The position numbers were made by a program, and so were the translations under genes. A stretch of 64,000 nt of DNA from Octopus vulgaris (lineage: Eukaryota): positions 51,956,001 through 52,020,000 of the forward strand of contig OX597822.1 in assembly GCA_951406725.2 (NCBI GenBank), given 5' to 3'. The notes under the pieces were generated by a model. That model saw only the letters and a list, made by a program, of their open reading frames with translations. It searched no databases and was not told the DNA's origin. Position 1 is the stretch's first letter; every line of letters starts with the position of its first letter. Shown here in pieces: positions 13,890 to 28,084 of the stretch.

Positions 13890-14263
13890 TGCACGCACAC
13901 GAACACACATGCATACACATGAACACATACGGATACACACACGGTGCCCTCACAAATATAACATACACAAACATACACATACACTTACAGGCAAATACAC
14001 ATGCACACTCACACGCACGTACACGCACACATACACGCACACCGGCACACGACTCTGACAAATGTAACACACACATGCACAGAAACACCCACACACACCT
14101 GGAAAAACACACACATACTTACACGCAAATATACACCATTCTTTACGTATGCGTCATACATATAAACCCCAAAACCCCATCCAAAATTACTGAACCATAA
14201 CAGAACCAGCTCACCAAACAAGCTTTTCTTAGTTCCACAACAACTATTAGAAACCAGAAAAAT

Positions 14264-14435
14264 CGTGTGACTGCCATGAACCACCCACACTGTTTTTAGA
14301 GAGAAAGCAATTCTAAGCCACCTTTTTTCAAAATCAGAACCATCTTTTGATCACGTGACTGTCATCAACCGCCCACGCATTTTTAGAGAGAAAGCAATTG
14401 TAAGTCACGTTTTTTTTTTAAAAAACAGAAGCATG
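14264..14435 (+). repeat. Two diverged tandem units of about 88 bp
   Basis: gtgactg.cat.aacc.cccac...ttttagagagaaagcaatt.taag.cac occurs twice. Confidence 0.7.
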
Positions 14436-15159
14436 TTGTCCATCATGCTAACAATTCTGCCAGTTCGCCGACCTCGCAATATTTTTTAATGTTGCGAAAA
14501 TATACTTCTAATGATTTTATGTTAAACGCAAACTCACACTGACAGTAACAAAGTGTGTTTTAATAAGACTGTAAATCAAATTTGCAATATATTTGCTACC
14601 TGTTCGCACATATATATATATTCATCAAGGTATATTGTCGTAAAGACGCTCTGATGAAAACATTGTTTTCATTACTTAGAGGTCCTTAAAATAAAACACA
14701 CTTTAGTAAATCGTGTGTGTATTACTAATGGACTAAATTAATTCAGAAGAGGTAAAATTCCTTGGTAAATAAAAAAATTGTTATGTTAATAACATTTGTA
14801 TCACAATATCACGATAAATGCTTATCATCAGATAGGTGTCAATTAATCTGGTGTATGCAAAATATTGCACACGATTTAAAATAATCATATCCAGCATTAA
14901 AGAAAACTATCCTTGCTAGATACGTCCAAATACGATTTGCATATTATTAATCTAATTTAAAAGGTAATTCATGAAATGTTAATAATTTCTAAACTTTATT
15001 CATATCATAAAATTGATTGAAATTTATCAATTATTTTAATTTAATAGTTCTTACATATTTTACAGAGATAGATTATATTAATCGGTGAAATTAGAGAAAA
15101 TTATATGTGTGTGTATGTGCGTGTGTGTGTGTGTGCGAAAATGTTATCACGGTTATATC

Positions 15160-16260
15160 TACCGATGAGACATAACGTTGTTGCTAGGGCACTCTATAAT
15201 GAAATCCGTCGGAAGAATAACCCCGAGGACTAAGAAATAAGAACCTACTGTATGGTATAAGCCATAGCCACGCATAATAAAAAAGCAGTACTGGCGGAAT
15301 GTCCCTGTGAAGACCTCAATAAAATGTACGCACAACAAACCTGATATAATGATTTGAGATAGAGAAGAGAAACTGTGCACATCTGTGGAAGGTAGCTGCC
15401 CAGCGGATGTTAACATAAAACTGAAGATCAATTGAAAAAAAGAACCCCCATGCGGAACTATTGAGAAATATACAGTTACTCTATCCAGACTACAAGTTCA
15501 TGTCTATACCTGCAATTATTGGTGCCCTAGGATATGTAACACACTAAATACCAATCTTGAAAAATTAGGCTACTGATCCAATCCATCACTGCAACTGTAA
15601 AAATTTGTAAAACTTTCGAGAAGTTTATCATTTAAATATATATAAGCATGTCTGTATATGCAATGGAAGTACTCCATCGGTTACGACGACGAGGGTTCCG
15701 GTTGATCCTATCAACGGAACAGCCTGCTCGTGAAATTAACGTGTAAGTGGCTGAGCACTCCACAGACACGTGTACCCTTAACGTAGTTCTCGGAGATATT
15801 CAGCGTGACACAGAGAGTGACAAGGCCGGCCCCTTGAAATACAGGTACAACAGAAACAGGAAGTAAGAGTGAGAGAAAGTTGTGGTGAAAGAGTACAGCA
15901 GGGATCACCACCATCCCCTGCCGGAGCCTCGTGGAGCTTTAGGTGTTTTCGCTCAATAAACACTCACAATGCCCGGTCTGGGAATCGAAACCGCGATCCT
16001 ACGACCGCGAGTCCGCTGCCCTAACCACTGGGGCATTGCGCCTCCATCGTATATGCAATAATATGCATGAGAAGACATACATGAAACAAAGCATACAAAT
16101 CTGCACATATACATACATATATGCATACATACAAACAAAAATACCCTGTTGTTCATACTGAAATTCTAATGAAGGTGCTTTAGATCCAGGTTAGAAACTG
16201 GCTCTTTCTCTATTGGCAAGAAATCTTGAAATAAAATTGAACAATGACATACATACATAG
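15160..16260 (+). mobile_element. R4/Dong-like LINE 3' end interrupted by a SINE
   Basis: YWRNVPVKTSIKCTHNKPDIMI.DREEKLCTSVEGSCPADVNI (RLE-like PD motif). The 3' UTR resumes after 16059 and ends in (TACA)n. Confidence 0.75.
15665..16048 (-). mobile_element. tRNA-derived SINE family C, full length with TSD
   Basis: Head ggaggcgcaatgccccagtggttagggcagcgg...ggtttcgattccc. An 11-bp TSD gtatatgcaat lies at 15654-15664 and 16049-16059. Confidence 0.88.
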
Positions 16261-16261
16261 C

Positions 16262-16537
16262 TCTTTTACTCTTTTACTCCTTTACTTGTTTCAGTCATTT
16301 GACTGCGGCCATGCTGGAGCATCGCCTTTAGTTGAACAAATCGGCCCCGGTACTTATTTTTGTAAGCCTAGTACTTATTCTATCGGTTCCTTTTTACCGA
16401 ACCGCTAAGTTACGGGGACATAAACACCCCAGCATCGATTGTCAATCGAAGTTGTGGGGAGACAAACACAGACATAAAAACACATACACACACATGCATA
16501 TATACATACATATATACGACGGGCTTCTTTCAGTTTC
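16262..16537 (-). mobile_element. SINE family B, 3' part
   Basis: Reverse complement of the 3' part of 30330-30710 (ctccagcatggccgcagtcaaatgactgaaacaagtaaa tail). Confidence 0.85.
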
Positions 16538-17015
16538 GGGAAAAAAAAATTATCAATGGCCAGCATATCAAGAAATGCCTTTAAAGGTAAAATTTATACA
16601 TAATTTACAAAATAAGGGCAGAAGAAAAATTCTAATGCCAGATATGCCGAAACAAAAAAATGTCGATAACCATTAAATGTATGCATCTCGAAACAAACCG
16701 ACAGAAATCTCTTTATAATTCGTTATTACCGTATTGGTCCAATTTCGGGGTTAATTCACAAGAAATTTTCCCCTCTTCAGCGGCACATACGCGAGATATA
16801 AATGAAATACTTATTCATACCCACGGAAGAAGCAAGCACCAAGTCCCGAGCAGACTTAAGTACCCCAAATAGAAAAATCTTCGGCACACCTCGAGACACG
16901 AATTTTTTAGAGATTTCTGTCGGTTTGTTTCGAGACGCATAAATTTAATGGTTATCGACAATTTTTTTGTTTCGGCGTATCTGGCATTAGAATTTTTCTT
17001 CTGCCCTTATCTTGT

Positions 17016-17021
<6 letters not shown>
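16538..17021. mobile_element. Fold-back element with hammerhead, ending in (TA)n
   Basis: Arms at 16601-16712 and 16909-17021, with a tail at 16538-16600. Confidence 0.85.
16727..16785 (-). ncRNA. Type-I hammerhead ribozyme, core intact
   Basis: Minus strand reads TGCCG-CTGAAGA-GGGG-(19 nt)-CCCC-GAAA-TTGGACCAA-TA-CGGTA. All conserved core bases are present and the three stems pair. Confidence 0.85.
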
Positions 17022-17360
<339 letters not shown>

Positions 17361-17465
17361 TATATATATACAACATCGTTTTTATCTAGCTAGACGACAC
17401 ATTATCTGTGTCCTTATATTTTCGAATCGGGAATTCAGCACCCCGCCCCAGCACAAAACAACATA

Positions 17466-17504
17466 TGTGGACTAGTTTCATGGTTATTGTTCTTCATCAA
17501 TACA
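17466..17504 (-). ncRNA. Degenerate minimal hammerhead motif
   Basis: Minus strand reads TGTA-TTGATGA-...-GAAA-CTAG-TC-CACA. Confidence 0.55.
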
Positions 17505-18429
17505 GAGTAGCCCGCTTAGCGAGATGGCGTTGCTGAATACACGGTTTTGAACATATAGATTTCAACATGACACACAGCCACTGATCAATAAATATTAATA
17601 GTGTTATTTCTAAATCTAGCAGAGAGAGACATACACTAACATTCTTTAAAGTAAAATTTAATTGCCAACATAGGGCACATCAACGTCTTCATATAGACAC
17701 AATCTGTTTTATACTATGTAGATACTGACCAAAAAGCCACATTAAAGAATTGCATGCACTTAGTGAACATTGTAATACATACGGCTTTATTTCACATATT
17801 ACAAGTTTATATCCTATATTCCATATAAAGCGAAACTACTTTTGAATGTCACAATACCAGTTGATTCTGAAATTATCTCTACTTGTAATGTGATGGGTAT
17901 ATATGTTTTCACTTATGGAATAAATTTTATATTGCAATTTTTTTGAGGAGTTCAATAAAATCCTTTGAAGAATGAAGATGGAAATAACAAATCCAGAGAA
18001 AGGTTTTTAGTTCTTTGAAATTTCTTTCAAATGTATTTTTGAAAGATGTTATGAATAATATGTTGAAATGCAATCAATTAGATATTATTGATTGTGAGCA
18101 TGCTTCAAGTTTTAGCACATAGATGAGATGAGAGAAAGCAAGTAATACCGAGTGTTATATATATATATATATACAAAGGTATGTGTGTGTATGGACACAA
18201 AATGACACTTTATATACGTGAAAATTTATAATGCATTTTCTAAGAGGAAGAGTAATTCAGACATAGATACAGAAATTAATATATTTAATACGTACACACA
18301 TACACACAAATACACACACGCACATACTCACATACATGCATACAAACATACATACATATATACATACATACATACATACATACATACATACATACATGCA
18401 TACATACATACACACATACATACATACAT

Positions 18430-18462
<33 letters not shown>

Positions 18463-18649
18463 TACATACATACATACATACATACATACATACATACATA
18501 CATACATACATACATACATACATACATACATAATGATCAAAGGTGGCTTTCGAATTGTGAAAGCCCACTATGTATCGATCGAAGTATTATGGAGTTTCTA
18601 AAATAAGTTATTTAACACTTCCCAAACTTCATCGCAAAATACGGAGTGA

Positions 18650-18667
18650 CAAATAATAATAATGATA

Positions 18668-18727
<60 letters not shown>

Positions 18728-18749
18728 TTGGTGGTGGTGGTGATGGTGG

Positions 18750-18810
<61 letters not shown>

Positions 18811-18835
18811 AATGTTGTTGATGATGATAACAATA
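18650..18835. repeat. (GAT)n/(GGT)n compound microsatellite
   Basis: Read directly; source of the poly-D, poly-M and poly-S ORFs. Confidence 0.97.
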
Positions 18836-18896
18836 ACACCATGATTGATATATATATATATATATTTATGTGTTATATATATATATGTATATATGC

Positions 18897-18951
<55 letters not shown>

Positions 18952-21900
18952 CATATACATTTACATACATGCACACACACGCATGCACACACATGCGTGT
19001 ACACACATATGTATGCATGCCTTTACAGAGATAACTGAAAATCAAATTCAGTAAGATTAATATTTTTTATTGAAAATTTTGACAATTCTTATTCAGTACA
19101 TGAGCAGAGGATGATAATCAGCTCCGGAATCAACTAAATACGTGTTTAGCTTTTAAGTTAAGAAATTCGTTCCCTTGGTGGACGAATGTAATATGCGTGG
19201 TTCTATTTTCTGAGTTAAGAGACATGCATGAGAAATATATCAAAAGATGTAAAACATAGAAAATGAGAATAATTTAACAGCCTTCCTGAGCGAAAAAGTT
19301 GAAAATGACACTCTTCTATGAAGCTACATTTAATTGCTTCCTCTCAAACTAGTTTAGCTTAGCCAACACTCAGAAGCAGGTAAAACCTAATAGCATATAC
19401 AATGTCTCCGCTGAACGGTTTCGATATCCTTCTGGTTAATTGGATAAACGTAGATACACTCACCGGCCTCGAAACCCTAGCCAGCTAGGGAAAGAGAGGA
19501 AGAGAGAGAAGATAGAAAGAGAAGGAAAGAGGGAGAGAGAGAGGAGAGAGAAAGAGGGATAGAGAGAGAAAGACACAGACAAACGCACAGACAGAGAGCG
19601 ATGCCCCAGCAGTCGGCGATACTGATTTCCAGCAGTGGAGCAACGTACATTGATGTACATTGCTCAAGAAGACACTCAATATCCTGTTTTAGCCTTCACA
19701 TATTTACTTTAAAATACCTACATTTGTTTCATAAAAATGTGGACCCCACTTTCTGACACATTTTAACAACTCACGTTCGTGTTGTTCCTGTACTGCGACT
19801 CTGAGATGCATTACCGTTTGAAGAAAACAAATTTGGTTCAATTTTCTAAAAGTTGGTGAAATCAATGGAGAAAATATTATTTGCATGAAATAGGAATAAT
19901 ACGTAGCCCTCGTGGATTAGAGAATGCAACATGGTCAAATGTTTAGTGCGCTTCACTATCACGAGTATACAAGTTCGATTTCGTTTAATGTCATGTTGGG
20001 CAAATGTATTATATCATAGCTTCAGGTCAACACAAACTTGTGAAATTGTGCAGATGGAAAATGAGCGGAAGTCCATCGGTACTTGTTATTGATAGGTACA
20101 AATTTGCTATACATCTTGTCACACTCTGATACTGCATGAGAATATAATTTACAGTAAGCATGTCCGCTGAATGCTCAGTCAATTAGAATCTGCATAAAGA
20201 GCAGGTAATTCAGTTCACCAAACAACTGATCCGTATTCTGTAAATACGAATGAATTCCAGATCTTTCAATTATTAAGCTAGTGATAAGAATACAACTATT
20301 TAAAAGTTCATAGGCGCAGCGGTGACTCTGTGGTTAAGAAGCTCTCTTTGCAATTATGCAATATTAGATTCAGTAGAGTGTGCATGGCATCTTCGGCAAG
20401 TGTCTTCTAAAATGACCCTGGGTTTGCTACACACGCACACATACATATGTATATATGTATGTATGTATCTATGTATGTATGTATGTATGTATGTATGTAT
20501 GTATGTATGTATGTATGTATGTCTTATATCCTTGAATTTAGATATAGACTGCACTGCAACAGTGTTATAACACTGCAAAAACTAAATCAGTAACAAAACA
20601 CTTATATCTTTTCTCAACGGCTTCTACGACTGCCATCACAATTGCGACAGCTCACACCACATTATACCTCGCACTGTCAGTACGCATGCACCTTTATAAG
20701 GTTTAGGACAGTTCACTTGCTATCTCACAAGGGTGTCAGGATTTCACCACAACAGTATTCATGTACAAGTCGCACAATGTAAGAGCGCACCTTTTAATGC
20801 AAGTCTGATGAAGTGTCACTTTAATGCATAAAACCGCTCATATTGCATAAATTTTCTTACGGAACTTTTGTGTGACATTGCTTTAAAAACAGAATGTTAC
20901 CGAAATACTTGTAAGTGGTCATTTAAAATCTGCTAGAATTGTCTTTTATCTTCTTTGGATTATGCCTGCGTGCATTTTTGTTTTTCCCCCATTGCTTGAA
21001 AACCGGTGTAAGTTTACTCAAGTCCCTGTAACTTACCGAATCCGCAAAAGTTACGATAGAATAAGCACCAGGCATAAATATAAATATAGGGTCAATTTCT
21101 TCGGTTTCCTAGCATTGCCACAGTCCAACGCCTAGCACAAGTAGTAAGATAAAAAAAATCTGATAATCATTTCCAAACGGTTAATAAACCAAAAATATTG
21201 AAAATTACGTTTGCATTTTACATATTTCTTAAGACTGAAATACCCAATGATGTGCTGAAGAATGTTTAGCATTGCATGATTGAGAAAATCCTTAACAAAC
21301 ATTCTCTGGTTCGATGATGATGACATTTATAGCCTAACAGTATATATATTCACATATATTTTTTAGGAGAATAGTTTTTCCCGTGATAATTTTCGCTGCG
21401 AAGGTCTTATTACTTTTGTGATTGCATGAAACGTGTTAAATATATTTGTACACATTTCTGTCGCACGTTACGCAGCTTGGTATGCCGATAGTTAATTATT
21501 TCCAGCTTGAAACGCTTTGCACATATCAGCAAATTTATATTTCCTGTTTCAATATAAGATCAGAAGTGTTTATTGTCCTATAAGCAACGGATTCGTTATC
21601 CGTAGCTGATGACGTGTAACCCCGCAGAAAAACTACTCCTAAGGTTCGACAATGTCATTCACGGCCTAGACGTGTATTTTTCACACATATTGCCATATTG
21701 CCTATGAAGAGAAGATTTGTTACGAGACAATTCCCAGAGCGAAAGCCTTTGTACGAATGAGTGTACACGAACGTATTAAATATAACTGTACACATCAAAT
21801 ATGGCAATCACGGTTGATTAGAGTGCTTATAATTGATTAATTCTTGCTATTTCCTCTCTCAATATAAATGGCAATTTTAGTGGATCATAAAATGCTAATG

Positions 21901-22219
21901 AAGCGTGACGGCGCAGAAACATGCCCAGTGGACCCATGACAACATTCATAGCCCAGATGTATGTTTTTCACTCACTTGACTATAACGTGAATATCTCTTA
22001 AGAGAGGATTTTTGCAGTAACGGTCTTTTCACCTTTGAGTGAACACGAATGTGTTAAATATAAATGCATACACTTAAATTTCGATCAAAATTGCTTCGTG
22101 CACCTCTAGGCAATTTGCTTCAGTAACACTAACTCTTGAGACTATGATTGGAACACAGTATTTTGTGTTCAACTCTAAGGAAATTATTTGTATTGATTTC
22201 CCCAAATCTGCAGAATGTA

Positions 22220-22959
22220 CAGAGTGCGTAAGGTATTTGAGGACAGACTTATGTTTATATAAAGAAAAACGGATATATAATAACAGATGATAACTTTATT
22301 TACCTACAAATGTTATGAGGATAAAAATAAACCTTCTTTTCTATCATGTTATTCAATAAAGCCACTTCAGCTTCAGCAACTGCTTCTTTACGAGATCTAA
22401 ATCATCTACATGGTCGAATAAAATGATCCTGGTTTATTTTGGACATTACTCTCATCATGATAGCTTTCAAAGAATATTCGGTGTTACGGGCGTGTTCATT
22501 GATCTCTCTTTCAACAACGCTCCACATGTAATAGTCTAATGGGAAATAAGGAGGCTAAATGTTAGGGGTTATGTGATCATGAATATTTTTAGCCATCCAT
22601 TCCTATGTTGCTGAAACACATATGGCATTTCATTGCATACACTATCTATCCAGGTCTTAACAATGATTTCAAAGTGTTTAGAATGTTTTTAATGCTTTAG
22701 CACTGGTAATACGTTTCCAACTTCTGTTCCTAACTCCAAACAAACTTTGTAGACCAAAGATCTTGCAACTTTTAAAATCGAGATATTTCTAATTCGAAAT
22801 GCTCAGCCCTTATAACCACAATAACAGCATGCCTCTCCATTTCTCGAGTAAACTGAGAGCCTGCCATTATTGTTTTCTGAAACAAAGATTATTCAGAGTT
22901 AGCAAAAAAATGCAGCAATTACCTAAAAAAGTATATCCTCAAATACCTTACGCACACTG
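22220..22959 (-). mobile_element. Internally deleted Tc1/mariner-superfamily element with both TIRs
   Basis: 24-bp TIRs cagagtgcgtaaggtatttgagga (22220-22243) and tcctcaaataccttacgcacactg (22936-22959). Minus strand gives MERHAVIV.. and PLDYYMWSVVEREINEH. Confidence 0.85.
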
Positions 22960-23476
22960 TGCATTACGGTAGTCGAGGTTTATGAATGACTGTTGAATAA
23001 CATTTAAACAAGATTTTTAGCGCAACGCTATATCTAGAACAACTAAACGAAAATTACGAAAAATTCCTTATGTTAGATTATATTCGTATAACCCTACATT
23101 ATGTTTCTCTTTACCTCTATATTTTTGCCTCTGTCTTTTACTTATGCTGTCTGTGTTATGTGTTTCAACTTTATTGTGTAATTTGTAACACCTTTGAAGC
23201 AATTTCCAAGTCGGAATCACACTGCAGTAAAGAAGATATTAAAATTGTAATTCTATATTGTTTCCACTCGTAACATAAATATATATTACACAATATCTTT
23301 AATCTTTTGCATTTCATCTTTTACCTGTTTCAGTTATTGAACTCAGGTGTTTCAGTCGAACAAGTCGAATACGGTACCTTTGTTTCTTTAAGTGTGGCAC
23401 CTATTCTTGCAGTCTCTTACACTGAACCAACTCTGGTTAGCACACATGCGCGCGGGCACATACATACATAATACAT

Positions 23477-23540
<64 letters not shown>

Positions 23541-23543
<3 letters not shown>

Positions 23544-23756
23544 CAATAATAACAAAGGGTAAAATTAATTAATTAACTACTAATCAATGATTTCACCAAG
23601 TAGAATTCGGCATGAAAAAGGAACATTTCTCGGTAAACTTAAGTAATATTTTATAATTAGGGTTCAGCAAAGATTTGCTTTACCACATAACGAAGTTTAG
23701 AAATAGCAGCCAAAGAACCTTAGCTATTTCCTCTACTTTGCTGAGCCCTAATTATA

Positions 23757-23758
<2 letters not shown>
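23541..23758. mobile_element. Short fold-back element in (TA)n, same family as 30733-31350
   Basis: Tail (aaagggtaaaatt..ttcaccaagtag..cggtaaa) homologous to 30733-30830. Arms at 23652-23672 and 23736-23756. Confidence 0.75.
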
Positions 23759-23805
<47 letters not shown>

Positions 23806-23808
<3 letters not shown>

Positions 23809-24004
23809 ATAATAAATATTAGGGAATAAATCCAAATTTACAGGGAAAAATCAGATTTAGGATTGAATCCAATTTTATAGTAAAATATTATATTATATTA
23901 TATTAGAGACAAAAATTTTAATTTATATAAATTATTTTATGTATTGGCTTAAGTCTTTCTTTGTTTGATTTGCATAATAGTGGTTTTGTCTCTAATATAA
24001 TATA

Positions 24005-24012
<8 letters not shown>
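23806..24012. mobile_element. Short fold-back element in (TA)n
   Basis: Tail 23806-23885; arms tattatattatattagagacaaaa and ttttgtctctaatataatataata. Confidence 0.65.
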
Positions 24013-24037
<25 letters not shown>

Positions 24038-24897
24038 GGTTTAAATGTACAAAAAACAAAAGGAAGAGTCCGGTGAGAAAATAACATGGGTGTATTATTT
24101 TGACTATCACGAAAAAACCAGAAAGGCCCCTAAGTTTCGTGCTTAGGCATTTTGACAGAAAGAAATGAGGAAAAAAGTGAAGAGAGGGAAAAACCGAGAG
24201 AGAGACAGAGAGAGGGAGAGATGGAAATACCACGGGCTTATTTCAATTTTTATCAGTCAAATACGCTCAGAAGTCTTTGGCTGACCGGGAAATATAGAAG
24301 ACATCTACTTGCCTAATGTGCTACGAAGTGGGATTGAAACCGAATCCATGGGGTTGTGAATCAAACCACTTACCACAAAACCATGCCTGAGCTGATATCA
24401 TGATATATATAATAATATATATCATTAATACCTTACCAAATTTTAAGCTAGAAATTATAGTTGATGCACGTTCAAATTCCTGCAGGGGAAACAACTTACT
24501 CACAACTACATCTCAATGAATTCTCGAGATCACATAGATTCATGCAACTGTGGTTAATTCGATATGTATATTGCCTTAAACAGTATTGTGCCAATGAGCA
24601 ACTCACATGTCGAACATGCGGAAATTTGTCGAATTTGTCTATCTCCTCAGGTTCCTTCTCTAAATCTCATAATTCTACTTGTAACATTAACATTAACTGA
24701 ACTGATATCTAAACATTGAACAGCTGGATAAAATCAAACAACTATTTCTTTCTTGCAGCTATGGTTGTCCGAGTAAATATAGAATTACATGCCTATTTCT
24801 CTCCGTCTGTCTGTCTGTCTCTGCCTCTCTTTCTTTCCCTCTCTTTCACTCTCGCTTTTTCTCTTTCACTCTCTCTTTCTCTCTTTCGCATGCGCTC

Positions 24898-24951
<54 letters not shown>

Positions 24952-25077
24952 AATCTCTCTCTCTCTATCTCTCTCTCTTTTTTTCCATTCATTCTTTCTA
25001 TCAATTGTATACACAGACACATACGATTTTATGAACATATGTATACATATATCTTCTTGTAAGTGGGTATATATATA

Positions 25078-25460
25078 TTCTTTCACTTGTTTCAGTCATT
25101 TGACTGCGGCCACGCTGGAACACCACCTTCAGTCAAGCAAATCGACCCCAGGATCTATTCTTCGTAAGCCTAGTACTTATTCTATCAGTCTCTTTGCCGA
25201 ACCGCTAAGTTACGTAAACACACCGGCATCGATTGTCAAGCACAGACACACAAACATATACACACCCATATATATATATATATATACATATATACAACGG
25301 GCTTCTTTCAGTTTCCACTTTGGTCGGCCTGAGGCTATAGCAGAAGACACTTGCCCAAGGTGCCATGCAGTGGGACTGAACCCAGAACCATGTGATTGGT
25401 AAGCAAGCTACTTACCACTCCTCCGCCTATAACTTACCACACAGCCATTCCAGCGCCTAT
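25078..25460 (-). mobile_element. SINE family B
   Basis: Reverse complement of 30330-30710 with internal deletions. Confidence 0.85.
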
Positions 25461-26343
25461 ATAGATATGTTTTTATATGTGATTATGTATGTGTGTGAGT
25501 GTGTGTGTATGCGCGCGTGTGTGTTTGTTCGTACTAATCCCTATTCTATGATCTCTCATTTTACTAGTCGCGAAGAAATAGATAACGGTTTGTTTATATA
25601 CCGCTTTTATTAAGGCTTCGTTATAAGGATTAGCATAGGCATCAAAGCGATTCTCATTAGCAAAGAAGTGTGACGTTCTCTTGTACTATCTACTAATATA
25701 TTTACTATATACTAATATATACCCATATACTGAGTTTATTACACTCGAGAGGTGGTTTGAAAAGCGGCTTACATAAGTCGTGGTCTTAAGTGGTTGATGA
25801 TGCTGGCGATCCAAAGTTACATCTAAAAATTTGCGACCCGAAGATTATATTCCAAAGTAATGCCTAGATGATAGTTTTTAAACAATTTTCTTAGTTTCTT
25901 CCTAATTCTCTCAATATATAGCTTACTGTGGCTACGAGGGATAAACAATGCACGGTCCTTATATAGACTTCCAGTCAAATTAGGAAAAATTCACGTAAGC
26001 ACTATAACAAATAGATACTAAGAAGCAGAGTGACACTAGATCCCATTGTGATATCGAAATTGTTGGGCCTATCTTTTTTAGTTCAAAATTGTCTTTCAAA
26101 CTTTACATCTGTAGTTCAAGCAAGTAGAATAGTATCTATCTGGTCCGTAGTAAAACAGGAGTTTCATTGTAGCGAAAATTAAGGCTATATTAAGGAGTAC
26201 GAAGGAAATACTAGAGTAGTAAGAACTGACATCAGATTGAAGGGAGGCTATTTTGTTCTGTTTATTTGGGAACCCATCGTTGGTATTTGTCTATAGATTA
26301 AAAGAACGAAGGAAAAGTAAAGAAAAACAGTTTTGGCTATGAA

Positions 26344-26905
26344 ATATTAGGTCATCAAGTATAAATTTGTTGCAAAGTATATGGCAAATTTTGACAGCTG
26401 CTCATTTTGTGCCATTGTTATATTTTGACAACCATTATTTTTTGTTAGAAAGCTGACACATCTATTTCTTTATTCTAACACATTTTGCGCTTTATGAAGT
26501 ATTTATAAATCTTTTTTGCTATTTTTGTTTAGAGATGGGAAAATCGGAAATTCGTACAGTTTTGAAATGTGAGTTCTTTCTTGGAAATACAGCATCACAG
26601 ACCGCTCGGAATATTAATGGAGTATTTCATTTTTTCATTATTACACAGCAGACAATAATGATCAACGCGGTCGACCAGAAACAAAGGTGGATAATGATGA
26701 ACTGAAAGCCACCATCGAGTCATATTCATCTCAAAGTGCCCGTGAATTATCGTTGTTGTTTGGTGTTAGCAAGCAAGCAATTATGACTCACCTGGTTCAA
26801 ATCGGTTAAGTTAAAAAGTTGGATAAGTGAGTTCTACATGAACTCAATGAAAATCAGAAACAGCAACTTTTGGAAGCTTACATTATGCTAGTTTCTCGTC
26901 ACCGA
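26344..26905 (+). mobile_element. Mariner 5' half (cecropia/Hsmar1-like)
   Basis: MGKSEIRTVLKCEFFLGNTASQTARNINGVF..RGRPETKVDNDELKA..VKKLDK.VLHEL, with a start resembling TA-TTAGGT. Confidence 0.8.
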
Positions 26906-27172
26906 ACCGCTAAGTTACGGCGACATAAACAGCACCGGTTGTCAAACGATGGTGGGGACAAACACGAGCACAAAGTCACACACACACACAAGCCTATTCA
27001 CGCACGCACACATCTGTACATACGACGGGCTTCTTTCAGTTTCCGTCTACAAAATCCACTCAGAAATCTTTAGTGGGCCCGAGGCTATAGTACAAGACAC
27101 TTCCCCAAGGTGCTACGCCGCGGGACTGAACCCGGAACCATGTGGTTCGAAAGCAAACGTCTTGTTACACAG
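26900..27172 (-). mobile_element. SINE family B, 5' part
   Basis: Matches the head and body of 30330-30580 on the opposite strand. Confidence 0.8.
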
Positions 27173-27439
27173 CCAAATTTTTGAAGATACTACTTATCCA
27201 AAAGTGTTAGTTGGATTCACCATCATGAATATATTATCTCACCCATTAATACCTGTTTAAAATTTTACCTGAAGATGGTGCATTATATGTCATGATGTAA
27301 TCGATGAATACATCAGATAATTATATATAGAGATAGAAAAATAGATATATGAAGGCGCATGGCTTAGTGGTTAGTGTATTCGGTTCACATGATATCACTT
27401 CCAATCAGTTAAGATTAGAAGTCATGAGAGCCACTTATT

Positions 27440-28025
27440 ATTAAAATTCAGTAGTTTTATTTTTATAGCGTGCTTTCACTTCAATACCGAGCCTTGGGTA
27501 TGTGTGCCTTGGGTATGTGCTGTGGTTTGCTGTGATGCACTTATGGTTACTGTATTGAAAGTTTTTTGCGTAGGATGTGTGCAGTGCAAAGTAGTGCAAT
27601 TTTCTGTATGTTGTATATATTTGTAAGTCCTGGTGTTTTTGTTATGTATTTTTTAATGATACCTAATGCGCCCACTATGATATGAATTGCTTCTGTTTTA
27701 GATTCCACATTCGAGTTACCTCTATTTCCAGGTCTTTGTATTTTAAAAGTTTCTCCATTTCTTTTAGAGAAACGTTGTCATCTGTTGGTATTGATAGATC
27801 AATTAGAAAGCATTTTTTACTAAATGATCTCTGACAACTATATCTGGCCTATTGACCTTAATTTCTGTATATGTGTGTATTGGTATATGCCAGAGTATGG
27901 TTGCTTTCTCGTTTTCTGTTACTTTTTCTGGCGTGTGCCTATACCATCTGTTTTCTGTTGTTATTCCATCGTGTTGGAATAGCTTCCAGTGAGTGTATGT
28001 AGGTCCCAACTCTGTCGTGTCTGTG
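27440..28025 (-). mobile_element. R4/Dong-like LINE 3' end (RLE domain)
   Basis: [43 protein letters not shown], with a 3' end in taataataa. Confidence 0.85.
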
Positions 28026-28084
28026 AATGATATTCCTTATTATTTTTATTATATTTGTTGTTGTTGTTGTGGCTATTATTATTT

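Noticed and set aside
16160-16212. CTAATGA...GAAACTGG in an R4-like 3' UTR
   Set aside because: The core is mismatched and the stems are unconvincing.
19460-19680. Possible minus-strand first exon with a GTGAGT donor
   Set aside because: The region resembles a decayed SINE D plus a CT repeat; no other exon support.
21420-22085. Weakly recurring ttaaatata..tacac motifs about 300 bp apart
   Set aside because: Too diverged to define a unit or an element by eye.
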